A stretch of 64,000 nt of DNA from Patescibacteria group bacterium (GCA_028718605.1 JAQULM010000002.1:65776-129775), one strand, 5' to 3'. Numbered from the stretch's first letter, positions 22,976 through 33,397 are shown. Notes: a model not told the origin generated them from the letters alone. A program made the numbers and translations.

Positions 22976-24216
22976 ACACGAAATATTTTTTTTACCTTAT
23001 AAACTCCGCGGATAAGCGCTTCGATATCAGCCGGCGTATTGTACAGGTAGAAACTCGCGCGCGCTGTCGCAGGCACGCCCAATTTTTCGTGCAATGGCTG
23101 GGCACAGTGGTCGCCCGCCCGAATAGCGATCCCCTCCTCGTCAAATATTGATGCGATATCGTGGGGATGGGCATCGCCGACGCTAAACGCGATCGCACTG
23201 CTGCGATCCCTTGTTTCTTTCGGCCCATACACTTCAACGCCAGGGATGGCGAGGAGCGCTGGTAATGCCCGTGCGGTAAGTTTCTCCTCATACGCCTGGA
23301 CAGTTTTCATGCCAAACGCGGAAAGATAATCGAGTGCCGCACCGAATCCGATCACGCCCGCGATATCGGGCGTCCCTGCTTCAAACTTCCACGGCAGATC
23401 ATTCCATTGGGCTCCCTCGAACGTTACCTTCGAAATCATATCGCCACCGGTCATGAAAGGGCGCATTTCGCTGAGAATCTCCTCCCTGCCGTGCAGAACG
23501 CCTACCCCAGACGGCCCGAGCATCTTGTGCGCGGAGAATACATAGAAATCAGCGCCAATCGCCTGCACGTCAACTGGCAGATGCGGTACGCTTTGGGCGC
23601 CGTCAACCAACACAATGGCCGGCGACTTTTTACGTGCAATTTGAACCAGCTTCGCGGCTGGATTAATTGTGCCGAGAACATTCGATACGTGGGCAAATGC
23701 GACAATCTTCGTCTTCACTGATATCATGGATTCAAACGCATCGAGATCAAGCCGGCCTCGTCCAGTTATTGGAACATACCGTACTTTCGCACCATGCTCC
23801 TTTGCAAGCTCCTGCCAGGGTACCAGATTCGCATGGTGTTCCATCTCGGTAATGAGTATCTCGTCCCCTTTTCGAATATTCGCCTTGCCCCATGAATACG
23901 CGACGAGATTGATGCTCTCGGTCGCATTTCGGGTAAAAATAATCTCCCGAGTGCTTCCGGCATTGATGAACGACCGAACTTTCTCGCGAACCTCTTCGTA
24001 CGCTTCGGATGCACGCTCGGAAAACTGATAAATCCCGCGGTGGACGTTCGCATAATAATTTTTATAGCATGCGCTCATCGCATCAATGACAGCCTGCGGC
24101 TTCTGGGTAGACGCTGCGGAATCGAGAAATACAAAACGCTTGCCATGAACTCGTTTCTTAAGTATGGGAAAATCGCGAATGCATGCGGCGCTCAGTTTTT
24201 TGTTTTTAAACACCAT
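22972..24216 (-). CDS. sufS: Cysteine desulfurase SufS
   Basis: LDSAASTQKP, MEHHAN, DGAQS, SAHKMLGP, RAGDHCAQP. Confidence 0.95.
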   Translation of the reverse strand: MVFKNKKLSAACIRDFPILKKRVHGKRFVFLDSAASTQKPQAVIDAMSACYKNYYANVHRGIYQFSERASEAYEEVREKVRSFINAGSTREIIFTRNATESINLVAYSWGKANIRKGDEILITEMEHHANLVPWQELAKEHGAKVRYVPITGRGRLDLDAFESMISVKTKIVAFAHVSNVLGTINPAAKLVQIARKKSPAIVLVDGAQSVPHLPVDVQAIGADFYVFSAHKMLGPSGVGVLHGREEILSEMRPFMTGGDMISKVTFEGAQWNDLPWKFEAGTPDIAGVIGFGAALDYLSAFGMKTVQAYEEKLTARALPALLAIPGVEVYGPKETRDRSSAIAFSVGDAHPHDIASIFDEEGIAIRAGDHCAQPLHEKLGVPATARASFYLYNTPADIEALIRGVYKVKKIFRV

Positions 24217-24231
24217 AATTCTTTTTTATTC

Positions 24232-24702
24232 CTACACTGGTCGGTATTTATCCCATACGGCTTGGACCCGCTGGGCGTGTCCTTTCGTCGCTTGAGCGAG
24301 CTTTGACAAGAGCTCCCTGAATTCCGCCAAATCTGATTTAAATACGGTATAATACTCTTTTTCAATCAATGATGACTCAATATCATGGGCGATTGAGAGC
24401 GCATTGATAAGCTCGAGACCGCCCTGTTCCGCCTGTGCTATGAGCGTAGCGAGGTATTGCAGTGTTGATTCGATGGATGATTCATTGAATCTGCCTTTCT
24501 GGAAAAAAACGAGTCCCTCGTCAACCCTAGGCATGAGCCTCTTCACCCATGTCGCATGCTGCGCTTCTTCCCCGGCGATCGTCATCCAGAAATCTTTTTC
24601 TTCGGGAAAACGCCCCGCGTACAGATTATACAAGCGGTTCATGGACTCCTCCAGGAGTGCCAGCTTGTTCAACATCGTGATTTGAAAATTTTCCAGTGCC
24701 AT
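24232..24702 (-). CDS. Ferritin-like/rubrerythrin-family protein
   Basis: E...LY...F....FW..IA.EE..H, IE and H..R di-iron-like pattern. Confidence 0.7.
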   Translation of the reverse strand: MALENFQITMLNKLALLEESMNRLYNLYAGRFPEEKDFWMTIAGEEAQHATWVKRLMPRVDEGLVFFQKGRFNESSIESTLQYLATLIAQAEQGGLELINALSIAHDIESSLIEKEYYTVFKSDLAEFRELLSKLAQATKGHAQRVQAVWDKYRPV

Positions 24703-24743
24703 ACCTGTTATCCTTAGTTAATTAATGTCGTTCGTTACGTTCA

Positions 24744-25376
24744 TCAGCTGCGTGAACCAATGTGCGCGGTTAGAAAGCTGCCGGCAATCATCCGACGTGC
24801 AGTTCCTGGAGTAATTCCCCGGGACGAAAGGTAGAATAACTCTTCGCCACTGACAGTCCGGATCGTCGCGCTATGAGATGCGCGCACGTCATCAGTCTGA
24901 ATCTCAAGCGTTGGCACCGATAGTGCACTCGCATGGTCGAATAAAAGGGCATGGCCCGAATAATGAGCGACTGTCCGGTGGGCATCCGGTTCAATGACGA
25001 TGAGGCCTGCCATTGTGCCAGATGAGTTGCCCTCATACACCCCCCGTAACAGTATATCACTCTTTGTATTCCGTACATTATGGTGGAGCACAACACGCAC
25101 CTGATGCCGATCAGCGCGGGTGCCATGAAATGCGCCCACCACAACAGCTTCAGCGCCTGGTTGGTTCAAATGAATAACAAGGTTCGCCGATACACGTACC
25201 TGCGGTTGTACAACACAACTCAGATAAATACGCGAGCGCTTGCCAAGCATAACCGTGAGGGAGCTTGCAGCAACTGGCTGCCAAAAAACAGTCGCCGCAA
25301 CGCCACCGCGGACGTTAATGCGTGCTGATGCACGGAGTGTAATTTTTTTCGATGTGGCAACGTTTATGATTTTCAT
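24744..25376 (-). CDS. sufD: Shortened SufD-like protein
   Basis: C-terminal P.LEI..DDVRASHSAT, EELFYL.SRGI. Confidence 0.85.
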   Translation of the reverse strand: MKIINVATSKKITLRASARINVRGGVAATVFWQPVAASSLTVMLGKRSRIYLSCVVQPQVRVSANLVIHLNQPGAEAVVVGAFHGTRADRHQVRVVLHHNVRNTKSDILLRGVYEGNSSGTMAGLIVIEPDAHRTVAHYSGHALLFDHASALSVPTLEIQTDDVRASHSATIRTVSGEELFYLSSRGITPGTARRMIAGSFLTAHIGSRS

Positions 25377-25377
25377 A

Positions 25378-26814
25378 TTACCCGACGGCATTACTCATCT
25401 CATATTCCAGCAATCTATTGAGCTCAACGGCATATTCGAGCGGCAACTCTTTGGCAATCGGCTCCACGAAGCCGGCAACGATCATGCTGACCGCTTCTTG
25501 CTCAGAGAGGCCGCGGCTCTGCAGGTAAAAAAGCTGCTCCTCGCCGATCCTGCCGACCGACGCCTCGTGCCCCACGCGTGCCTGGGGCTCATACACTTCC
25601 ATACGCGGATACGTATCGGAGCGGGCGCGTGGATTGAGAAGGAGGGCATCGCAGCTGACATGGGAAGCGCTCCCTCGCATCCCGCGCGGTATGCGCACCA
25701 AGCCGCGATAGGATGTTCGGCCGGTACCTTTTGATATTGATTTGGAAATGATCCGCGACGACGTTTCCGGGGCACCATGGATCGCGCGTGCCCCAGCATC
25801 GATGACCTGGCCGGTCCCCGCACATGCCATCGAGAGTACCTCCCCTCTTGCCTTCCGCCCAAGCAGATAAACCGACGGGTATTTCATGGTAACACCGCTG
25901 CCAATATTACCGTCAACCCATTCCATAATACCCTCTTCGTAAACAAATGAACGTTTCGTCACGAGATTGAAAACGTTCTTCGACCAATTCTGCACAGTGG
26001 TGTATCGGACACGCGCGCCTTTTTTCACAATAATTTCAACAACCGCCGAATGCAGAGAACTCGTGCTGTATCGCGGCGCGGTGCAGCCTTCGACGTAGTG
26101 CACGTAGCTGCCCGGCTCGGCAATAATGAGCGTCCGCTCAAACTGCCCGACCTGCGGCGCATTGATGCGGTAGTACGCCTGAAGGGGCAATGCGACACGA
26201 ACTCCTGCGGGCACGTACACGAAGCTGCCGCCGCTCCAGACCGCCGTATTGAGCGCCGAAAATTTGTTATCAGCCGCAGGAACGACTGTCCCAAAATACC
26301 TCTGGATGATTTCTGGATGCTGCCGTACTGCCGTATCCATATCCGTAAATATGACACCGGTTTGCGCCAGTTTTTCCTGAATACTGTGGTACACCGCTTC
26401 TGACTCATACTGCGCCATCACGCCCATCAGGTATTTCCGCTCTGCCCGCGGGATGCCGATCCGATCGTACGTTTTACGGATCGGTGCTGGCACATCTGAC
26501 CACCGCTGTGCAACTTTTTCTGTCGGTCTGATATAGTAATGCAGATTCGCAAAGTCAACCGACGCTATATCAGGCCCCCACACAGGCGCCTTCCGCCGGA
26601 GAAACGTCTGGTGCGCAGACAGACGAACCCTCCGCATCCATTCAGGCTCCTTTTTTACATACGCGATCTCTTCGACGATCCGCTTCGATAATCCTCTCGG
26701 GGTTCGGTGGATATACGAAACTTTATCAGGCGCGAAAAGCCCATCCTGCACGTTGCTCCGCCGCATATTCGCTGTTCCCTGTCTTCCCCGCGATCCCATA
26801 ACGGTATATATCAA
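25378..26814 (-). CDS. sufB: Fe-S cluster assembly protein SufB
   Basis: AQYESE, WSGGSFVYVP, GQFERTLI, YVEGCTAP, LPLEYAVELN. Confidence 0.96.
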   Translation of the reverse strand: MIYTVMGSRGRQGTANMRRSNVQDGLFAPDKVSYIHRTPRGLSKRIVEEIAYVKKEPEWMRRVRLSAHQTFLRRKAPVWGPDIASVDFANLHYYIRPTEKVAQRWSDVPAPIRKTYDRIGIPRAERKYLMGVMAQYESEAVYHSIQEKLAQTGVIFTDMDTAVRQHPEIIQRYFGTVVPAADNKFSALNTAVWSGGSFVYVPAGVRVALPLQAYYRINAPQVGQFERTLIIAEPGSYVHYVEGCTAPRYSTSSLHSAVVEIIVKKGARVRYTTVQNWSKNVFNLVTKRSFVYEEGIMEWVDGNIGSGVTMKYPSVYLLGRKARGEVLSMACAGTGQVIDAGARAIHGAPETSSRIISKSISKGTGRTSYRGLVRIPRGMRGSASHVSCDALLLNPRARSDTYPRMEVYEPQARVGHEASVGRIGEEQLFYLQSRGLSEQEAVSMIVAGFVEPIAKELPLEYAVELNRLLEYEMSNAVG

Positions 26815-27575
26815 CTGTTACGCCGTACAATTTTCGTGCCGTCCACTGACTTTTCATACCCACGGCGCTCAATCGCATTCGCCAGTGCAGCCCGGCCAGA
26901 CTTTACGATGGTACCGCCAATGAGAATGTGGACACGGTCCGGCTTAAGGTACTTCAAAATTCGAGCATAGTGAGTAATGAGGAGGACACTGGTGCCTTTC
27001 CGGGCACGTGCACGGATTGCTTGCGCGATAAGTTTCAGGGCATCTACGTCAAGCCCTGAATCGATCTCGTCGAGAACGACAACCCGCGGCTCAAGAACAA
27101 GCATCTGCAACACTTCGAGTTTCTTGCGCTCACCGCCGGAAAATCCCTCGTTCAGGAACCGGCGTGCGAGGTCAATACTGATCCGCAAACGATTCGCGTA
27201 CATTTCGAAACGCGTACGGAATTCAACCGGCCCCAGGCGTGTACGCGGGTGAGTAGTGTTATACGCGGTCCGGAGGAAATGTTCGGTTGAAAGCCCCGGC
27301 ACTTCGACAGGATGCTGGAACGACATAAACAATCCTGCGTGTGCGCGTTTTTCGGGGTCCAACTTCCGGATTTCTTTCCCGAATAAGCGAATACTGCCGC
27401 TCTGGACTGCGCAATCCGGCCGACCCATGATTGTAGCTGCGAATGTTGATTTCCCTGAACCATTGGGGCCCATGATCGCATGAATTTCCCGCGGCGCCAT
27501 CGACAGGCTCACGTCCTGGAGGATCCGCGTACCCCCGATCGCAACCCGTAACTTCTTTATCTCAAGTGATTTCAT
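26811..27575 (-). CDS. sufC: Fe-S cluster assembly ATPase SufC
   Basis: MGPNGSGKST, FQHPVEVPG, NEGFSGGERK, DEIDSGLDVD, ITHY. Confidence 0.96.
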   Translation of the reverse strand: MKSLEIKKLRVAIGGTRILQDVSLSMAPREIHAIMGPNGSGKSTFAATIMGRPDCAVQSGSIRLFGKEIRKLDPEKRAHAGLFMSFQHPVEVPGLSTEHFLRTAYNTTHPRTRLGPVEFRTRFEMYANRLRISIDLARRFLNEGFSGGERKKLEVLQMLVLEPRVVVLDEIDSGLDVDALKLIAQAIRARARKGTSVLLITHYARILKYLKPDRVHILIGGTIVKSGRAALANAIERRGYEKSVDGTKIVRRNS

Positions 27576-28153
27576 GTTTTTCGCATATTACTCGTGCCAA
27601 AACGGCGAATGGCGCTTGTTGGCCCATAGTATGAACAATTCGTCTGGAAACAGCACGACTTGCATACGGGCGCGTCCTTCTTGAGGTCATCGAGGAGCGA
27701 CCCGCATGCCATGCAAAAAAGTTCCGGGGTAAGCAGGTGGGGCGAATGGCGCTTGCTGCATTTTCGGCAAATACCCTGGACTTCAAAATTCTCTGACCGT
27801 ATGTAAAATGCGTTGCTCTGCGCGAGATTCTTCACCTCGCTGAAAAATGCTGAACCGCGCGTATCATCAACGTCGGTAATCGAGTGGCACTTCTCACAGA
27901 CGAAATGAATATGCGAATCGACCCGCGCCTCGAACCGCGCGACCTTGTCAATCACGCATTCTTTCAGGTATCCGTGGCCGCGGAGAAAATTCAGGTTGCG
28001 GTATACGGTGCCAAAACTAATATGAGGCAGTCGCTTCTTTACCGCATTGAATATTTTTTCAGCAGTTGGGTGTGATTTGTCTTTGCGGACGTAATCGAGT
28101 ATCACCATGCGCTGCGTGGTGAGCCGATGATCCGCCTTTTTTCGCAGAGGCAT
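27572..28153 (-). CDS. Fur/PerR-family regulator with Cys-rich C-terminal extension
   Basis: T.QR..IL, HPTAE, TVYRNL, H.HF.C..C and G.C..C, plus extra CMACG..CKSCCFQTNC. Confidence 0.9.
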   Translation of the reverse strand: MPLRKKADHRLTTQRMVILDYVRKDKSHPTAEKIFNAVKKRLPHISFGTVYRNLNFLRGHGYLKECVIDKVARFEARVDSHIHFVCEKCHSITDVDDTRGSAFFSEVKNLAQSNAFYIRSENFEVQGICRKCSKRHSPHLLTPELFCMACGSLLDDLKKDAPVCKSCCFQTNCSYYGPTSAIRRFGTSNMRKT

Positions 28154-28164
28154 TCGAAAGCTAT

Positions 28165-28211
28165 TAAGAATGATTCTCAATAATTATAAATCACCCCCCT
28201 TGTATTGTCAA
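28165..28211 (-). promoter_or_regulatory. Consensus sigma70 promoter overlapped by Fur/Per-like boxes
   Basis: TTGACA(28211-28206)-17-TATAAT(28188-28183); 7-1-7 repeat TAAGAAT-G-ATTCTCA at 28165-28179 and an adjacent ATTATAA half-site. Confidence 0.75.
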
Positions 28212-28386
28212 ACGGGACAATCCAAGTATTTCCGCTCCCCTGTAAGTGCCAAATAGCTAAATTTAAGCAACTTTGAAGATTTGCTTGACTTTTACTTTTA
28301 TGGCAGTAAGATAAGCCAATATACAATAAAACCGAATAACCGAAAATAAACCAAAAAACCAAAAGCATTAGAAAGGAAGGTGCCAC

Positions 28387-29910
28387 ATGGCACACCCGCA
28401 CTTTGAGAACCTGCTTAAGGTACTCATTACCGCAAACCGTTTCGGCCGTCTCAAGAACATCCTTGAGTGGGACAAGCGGACCAATCTCCCGCCTACAGCC
28501 AAGCCCCAGCAGGGTGAACTGATGGCATGGGTCATCGGCGAATCCCACAAGGCATTCATCGACCCGAGAGTCGGTGACGCGATCGCCACGTGTAAGTCCA
28601 TACTCTCCGAGCTGTCGTACGTGGAGCAGCTCGTTGTCCAGAGGCTCGACCTGTGCTACCGTCGCGCAACCGCACTCCCCATCGAGTTTGTCACCCGCAG
28701 CGAGGAAGTCCAATCTGCCGCATTTGCAGCGTGGCTCCAGGCGAAACAGGAGAACAAGTTCAGCATATTCCAGGAGCACCTCGGGAATGCCTTTGACATC
28801 GCGCGCCAAGAAGCCGTGCTCCTTGGGGCGACTCCCGGCGACGCTGACTCGCTGTACAACACGCTCTTCTCCCGGTACGAACCAGGTATGACACTCGCCG
28901 AACTGCGCCCGGTCCTCGAGGGACTCCGCGCGTGGGTCGTGGAATTTCTCCAGAGAATCCGCGAAACCGGAATCGTCCGCACCGACGAGGCGCTCCGCAG
29001 CGAGTTCCCGGTCCACATGCAAGACCAGATCATCAGGAAGCTCCTTACGGCCATCGGGTACGACTTCAGCCGGGGCAACCTCAGCCCGACTGAGCATCCG
29101 TTCTCGGCGACCATCGGTCCCGGCGACCACCGCATCACGAACCACTGCTACCCTGACCGGCTCATCCCCGGATTGACCGGCAGCCTGCACGAAGCCGGCC
29201 ACTCCTTGTACGACCAGGGAACCGATCCGATCATGTGGCTGATCGACAATTCCGACCTGTTACTCTCGTTAGGGATCCACGAGTCGCAGTCGCGCACGTG
29301 GGAAAACCTCGTTGGCCGCAGCCGCGCGTTCTGGCAGTACGCCCTGCCCCTCGTGCGGCAAGCGTTCCCGCAGCTCTCACATCTGTCCGTCGGCGATATC
29401 TACTCGCTCGTGAATATCGTACAGCCGAGCCTTATCCGCATCTATGCGGACGAAGCGACGTACAACTCGCACATCCTCGTACGTTTAGAAATCGAACTGG
29501 CGCTCCTCGCCGGCACGCTCAAGCCTGCGGATGCCGCCCAAGCATTCGCCGACAAAATGAAAGAGTACGTCGGGATTCGCCCTGAGGACGATCTCCATGG
29601 AATCCTTCAGGACGTGCACTGGTCAACCGGCGCGGTCGGATACTTCCCCACTTATACGCTCGGCAACCTGGCAGCGGCGCAGCTCTTCGCGTCATTTACC
29701 GCGGCGGTTCCCGACTACCAGGAACAGTTCGCGCGAGGCGACTTCGGCTGTTTGCTCGCCTGGCAGCGCGAGCATATCCATGCCACCGGCCACCTCGAGA
29801 CACTGAGCGGCCTGCTCGTGAGAGTCACGGGCAAGCCCCTAGGCCTGGACGACTTCGCGGCCTACATGGATGCGAAGTTCGGCGAGCTGTATCCCCCGAA
29901 AGCAGCCTGA
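28387..29910 (+). CDS. Carboxypeptidase, peptidase family M32
   Basis: HPF, HEAGH, HESQSR, IR..ADE.TY, QDVHW, GYFPTYTLG. Confidence 0.95.
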   Translation: MAHPHFENLLKVLITANRFGRLKNILEWDKRTNLPPTAKPQQGELMAWVIGESHKAFIDPRVGDAIATCKSILSELSYVEQLVVQRLDLCYRRATALPIEFVTRSEEVQSAAFAAWLQAKQENKFSIFQEHLGNAFDIARQEAVLLGATPGDADSLYNTLFSRYEPGMTLAELRPVLEGLRAWVVEFLQRIRETGIVRTDEALRSEFPVHMQDQIIRKLLTAIGYDFSRGNLSPTEHPFSATIGPGDHRITNHCYPDRLIPGLTGSLHEAGHSLYDQGTDPIMWLIDNSDLLLSLGIHESQSRTWENLVGRSRAFWQYALPLVRQAFPQLSHLSVGDIYSLVNIVQPSLIRIYADEATYNSHILVRLEIELALLAGTLKPADAAQAFADKMKEYVGIRPEDDLHGILQDVHWSTGAVGYFPTYTLGNLAAAQLFASFTAAVPDYQEQFARGDFGCLLAWQREHIHATGHLETLSGLLVRVTGKPLGLDDFAAYMDAKFGELYPPKAA

Positions 29911-29991
29911 GGCAGACGAGACAGCATATAGTAACATCTCTCTCGATTGCGCCCAACACCTCGTAACTGAACTATAACAGTTACGCGGGAT

Positions 29992-30047
29992 AGACGGTCC
30001 GGTACAGTTCACACCTGCTAGTGGACTTGCCGGACCGTTCTTTTTTT
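29992..30047 (+). terminator. Intrinsic terminator
   Basis: GACGGTCCGG..CCGGACCGTTC followed by a T-tract. Confidence 0.6.
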
Positions 30048-30192
30048 CAATAATAATATTAAGTGAAGCCGAAGACCACCTCCTCAATAGCGCGGGCATG
30101 ATATTCCTCTCAGCTTTTACTTTCATATTGTCAAACGAGCAAATACAAAAACCCTCAACCTGTGCAAGACAGACTCAGTATTGAACGATAAT

Positions 30193-30741
30193 TTACAAAT
30201 TCGGCAACGTTACGCAGTCCGTATGCGCTGCGTCTGTACAGCAACCGGCAGTCTCGTATGTATAATCCCCATAGTTGCACCATGGACGCTCATCGGAGCA
30301 TTTCGTAACGACTTCCTTGGAAATATAATCAATAACCTCCTGTGGCCACACCCAGTTGCAGTAGTACTGAGTCCCGGGCGCAGCGTTCGGGTTCAAAACC
30401 GCGTTCGTGGTCCGCTGCGTGTTCGTGTTGGCACTGTGATTCGTATTCACCGCGGTATTCGTGGCTGGTTGAACGGTCTTTGTAGTAGCGGCCGTATGGT
30501 TGATGTTCGCGATAATATCCATGATCTCCGGGCCAGTCGGCTGGTAGCCAGTGTTTTTCGTGCACTGCTCGGGGCAGTACTGCTTTGACGAATCCGACAA
30601 GACGACCTCATAGCAGGTCTCCATGCAGTTCTCAAAACGCTGTTTATCTGTAAGCCCTCCGCGAAAAACGAAATACAACGCTGCAGCGCCAACGAGAATG
30701 CACACCACCACAACGATACGCACGATGTTTTTCTTGGCCAT
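30193..30741 (-). CDS. Hypothetical membrane-anchored Cys-rich protein
   Basis: N-terminal TM, two Cys-rich modules, Thr/Asn linker. Confidence 0.75.
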   Translation of the reverse strand: MAKKNIVRIVVVVCILVGAAALYFVFRGGLTDKQRFENCMETCYEVVLSDSSKQYCPEQCTKNTGYQPTGPEIMDIIANINHTAATTKTVQPATNTAVNTNHSANTNTQRTTNAVLNPNAAPGTQYYCNWVWPQEVIDYISKEVVTKCSDERPWCNYGDYTYETAGCCTDAAHTDCVTLPNL

Positions 30742-30768
30742 TGGTTATTGGATGCTTAATAAGTCCTC

Positions 30769-32298
30769 CTACCCGGCGATGCTTTCCTTCGCCGTTACAC
30801 GGACAATTTTGAAGATCCGGCGCTTACGGAGCGCTTCAAGCGCAAGATCAATGCGGTCCTGGCTCTGGGCGTAGAGCGTGTACAGCCGTTCGCCCTTCCG
30901 GATCCGCTGATTGACATGCTTATTGATATAAATGCCAGCTAGTTTTTCGTGCGGTGCTCCGAGTATGCGTGCAACCTGGTCGATCATTTCATCGTCAACC
31001 TCCAGTACCTTGCCGTTGTACGGAGCATAGCAGCGGCTGCGCATTGCTGCCATGGTCAAATCCTCGGAGTCAACGTCGGGATTGCCTCCTTGGGCTGTAA
31101 TGATTTCTTGCATCTTTTTCCATGCTTTACCGGACGAGAGCGCCTCAACCGCCATCATATGGCCTTTCCCCGGCTTCGCTTTGCCGGCTAATTCCAGAAG
31201 TTTCGCTGCCAATCGGACGCTCTTTTTCTGCAAATCAGACGGCCGGTAGTCTTTCTGCTGGAGTACCCGGAGAACGTCCCGTGCTTCCAGCGCAGGCCCG
31301 ATCCCGCGGCCGACAGGTTCGCTTGTTTCGGTCAGCACAACCTCAATCTTGATCCCGAATCGCTTCGCGAGGTACTCGAAATGGGTTTTCACGGAAATGG
31401 CGCGTTCACGAGTCGGCACTTTCACGTTTGTACCGTACGGCAAATCAACAACAAGGTGCGTGACGCCCATCGCAATTTTTTTTGCCATGATCGAGACAAC
31501 CATTTTATCGAGAGGCTCGAGGCGGAGCGAATGCTGAACCCGGATAATGTAATCATCCGCAGGCGCGAGCCGGAAACTGCCGCCCCAAATAAGGCAGCAA
31601 TTAATCTTCTTGATAATCTGTTGGACCTGATCGAGTGGTATGGAAACGTTGGCAAGCACCTCCATCGTATCCGCAGTTCCGGCCGGCGAGGTGATGGCCC
31701 GCGATGATGTTTTTGGTATGACAACGCCGAGGGATGCCACGATCGGAACCACGACCATCGTCGTGCGGTTACCGGCAACGCCACCAACTGAATGCTTGTC
31801 AGCGATTACTTTGCCGGGGAACTTGAGCGTCTCGCCCGTTTCGGCCATCGCCTTGGTCATGAAGTACAATTCATTATCGGAAAACTCTTTCACAAAACTC
31901 GACGCAACGAAGTACGTCGTCTCAACCTTGCCGAGCTTATGGTGGACGATGTCTGAAATGATAGAGCGCATTTCTTGGTACGACAGCTCTTCCCCCAAAA
32001 GCTTTTTCCGTATTGCCTCGATGGAGGGCGGCCGTGACAGTACGCGTAAAGAAACCGGTTCATCGTGCCGAACCTTCCGGTATTTCCAGATCTCCTTGAA
32101 AAAACCGATTTGCCCCGGCCTCACTTTAGAACGGGTATAGTACGCGATGACGGTTGCACGATTATTTTTCCAACGGATCTCCAAAAGGTCTCCCATCACG
32201 ATGCCAAATGAGCGCGCTTCATCCTCCTGCAAAACGACGACCCATGGCTGGCCGCCGGAAGAGAAATCAAGCTTACGCGCTCGTAAAAAAAATGGCAT
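30769..32298 (-). CDS. AMP phosphorylase (archaeal-type thymidine phosphorylase family)
   Basis: DKHSVGGVAGN.TT, PKTSSRAITSPAGTAD, SIMAKK, P.GRGIGPALEA; extra N-terminal domain. Confidence 0.9.
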   Translation of the reverse strand: MPFFLRARKLDFSSGGQPWVVVLQEDEARSFGIVMGDLLEIRWKNNRATVIAYYTRSKVRPGQIGFFKEIWKYRKVRHDEPVSLRVLSRPPSIEAIRKKLLGEELSYQEMRSIISDIVHHKLGKVETTYFVASSFVKEFSDNELYFMTKAMAETGETLKFPGKVIADKHSVGGVAGNRTTMVVVPIVASLGVVIPKTSSRAITSPAGTADTMEVLANVSIPLDQVQQIIKKINCCLIWGGSFRLAPADDYIIRVQHSLRLEPLDKMVVSIMAKKIAMGVTHLVVDLPYGTNVKVPTRERAISVKTHFEYLAKRFGIKIEVVLTETSEPVGRGIGPALEARDVLRVLQQKDYRPSDLQKKSVRLAAKLLELAGKAKPGKGHMMAVEALSSGKAWKKMQEIITAQGGNPDVDSEDLTMAAMRSRCYAPYNGKVLEVDDEMIDQVARILGAPHEKLAGIYINKHVNQRIRKGERLYTLYAQSQDRIDLALEALRKRRIFKIVRVTAKESIAG

Positions 32299-32322
32299 AG
32301 TGATGCCGGGGAGAATAATGTG

Positions 32323-33246
32323 TTAAATTTTATTTCTCTTCCGCGAAACGGTGATGATTAAAATGATAGTTGCGGCAAGAAAAATAAAAACGAGCACCCA
32401 TCCAATAGGGTGCTCAGCGAACGGCAAGCCTTTGACGTTCATACCGTAGATGCTCGCGACCAGGGTCATGGGAAGCAATGCAACGGAGATAACGGTCAGT
32501 GTTTTGATTACCTCGTTTGTTTTTTGGTTGATCAGGGACTCATTGGTATCATACAGGCCGTCAACCGTATCACGATAACTTTCGAGCGCTGACCAGATAT
32601 TCTCGAGGTAGTCATGCACGTCATCAAAATACACAGAAAGTTTATCGGAGATAAGGGAACTTTTGATATGGACGATCTTGTCGACCATCCGGATCTGTGG
32701 CTCAAGAATCCGGCGGAGTGTCAGAATATTCCGCCGAATAATGGCCAAGTCAGCAGTTGCCTCCTTATTTCGGTGGGTAAACACTTCCTCCTCAACGTCT
32801 GGGATGTAGTGCCCGATTTCATTGACGATCGGCAAGCTCTTCCGATACCGGAGGTCCAGTATTTTATACAGCAGGTACGAGGCGCTGTTTTTCATCGAAT
32901 CATAGGTGACGGCGCTGCGCTTTTTACTGCGGAAATGGGTGAAGTAGCTGTCGAGAATCTCGTCTGGCTCTGACGTGAGGGTGATAAGGAAATTTTTACC
33001 GACAAAAACATTAAGCGTAGTAGCCGAAACTCTCCGCGTTTCCTGGTTAAACAGCGGAAAATGGAAAATCATAAAAAGGTAGCTTGCGTAGATATCAAGC
33101 TTTGGTCGCTGCACGCCTTCACGGCAATCTCGGATGTCCAGCTGGTGGAATCGAAATCGCTGCTCAAGGTAATCCAAGTCTTCTTCCCGGATTCCGCTGA
33201 TATGGATCCACTCGAGGCGAAAAATTTGTGCCGTTTTCACAGCCAT
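32323..33246 (-). CDS. corA: CorA-family Mg2+/Co2+ transporter
   Basis: QRPK, NE..K.LT, YGMN motif, two C-terminal TMs. Confidence 0.93.
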   Translation of the reverse strand: MAVKTAQIFRLEWIHISGIREEDLDYLEQRFRFHQLDIRDCREGVQRPKLDIYASYLFMIFHFPLFNQETRRVSATTLNVFVGKNFLITLTSEPDEILDSYFTHFRSKKRSAVTYDSMKNSASYLLYKILDLRYRKSLPIVNEIGHYIPDVEEEVFTHRNKEATADLAIIRRNILTLRRILEPQIRMVDKIVHIKSSLISDKLSVYFDDVHDYLENIWSALESYRDTVDGLYDTNESLINQKTNEVIKTLTVISVALLPMTLVASIYGMNVKGLPFAEHPIGWVLVFIFLAATIILIITVSRKRNKI

Positions 33247-33397
33247 ACGAACCGTCCTCTCCTAATATTCGCTCATCTGTACCACTCAGTATATCACATT
33301 TCAACTTAAAAATAAAGGCCGAGAACGGTACCCGCATCAGGTATGCCAGAGGATGGCAAACCAGCGAGGCAGAATGTTTCCCGCCGCCCACCATTGA

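Noticed and set aside
28177-29202. 341-aa minus-strand ORF
   Set aside because: Antisense shadow of the GC-rich carboxypeptidase gene.
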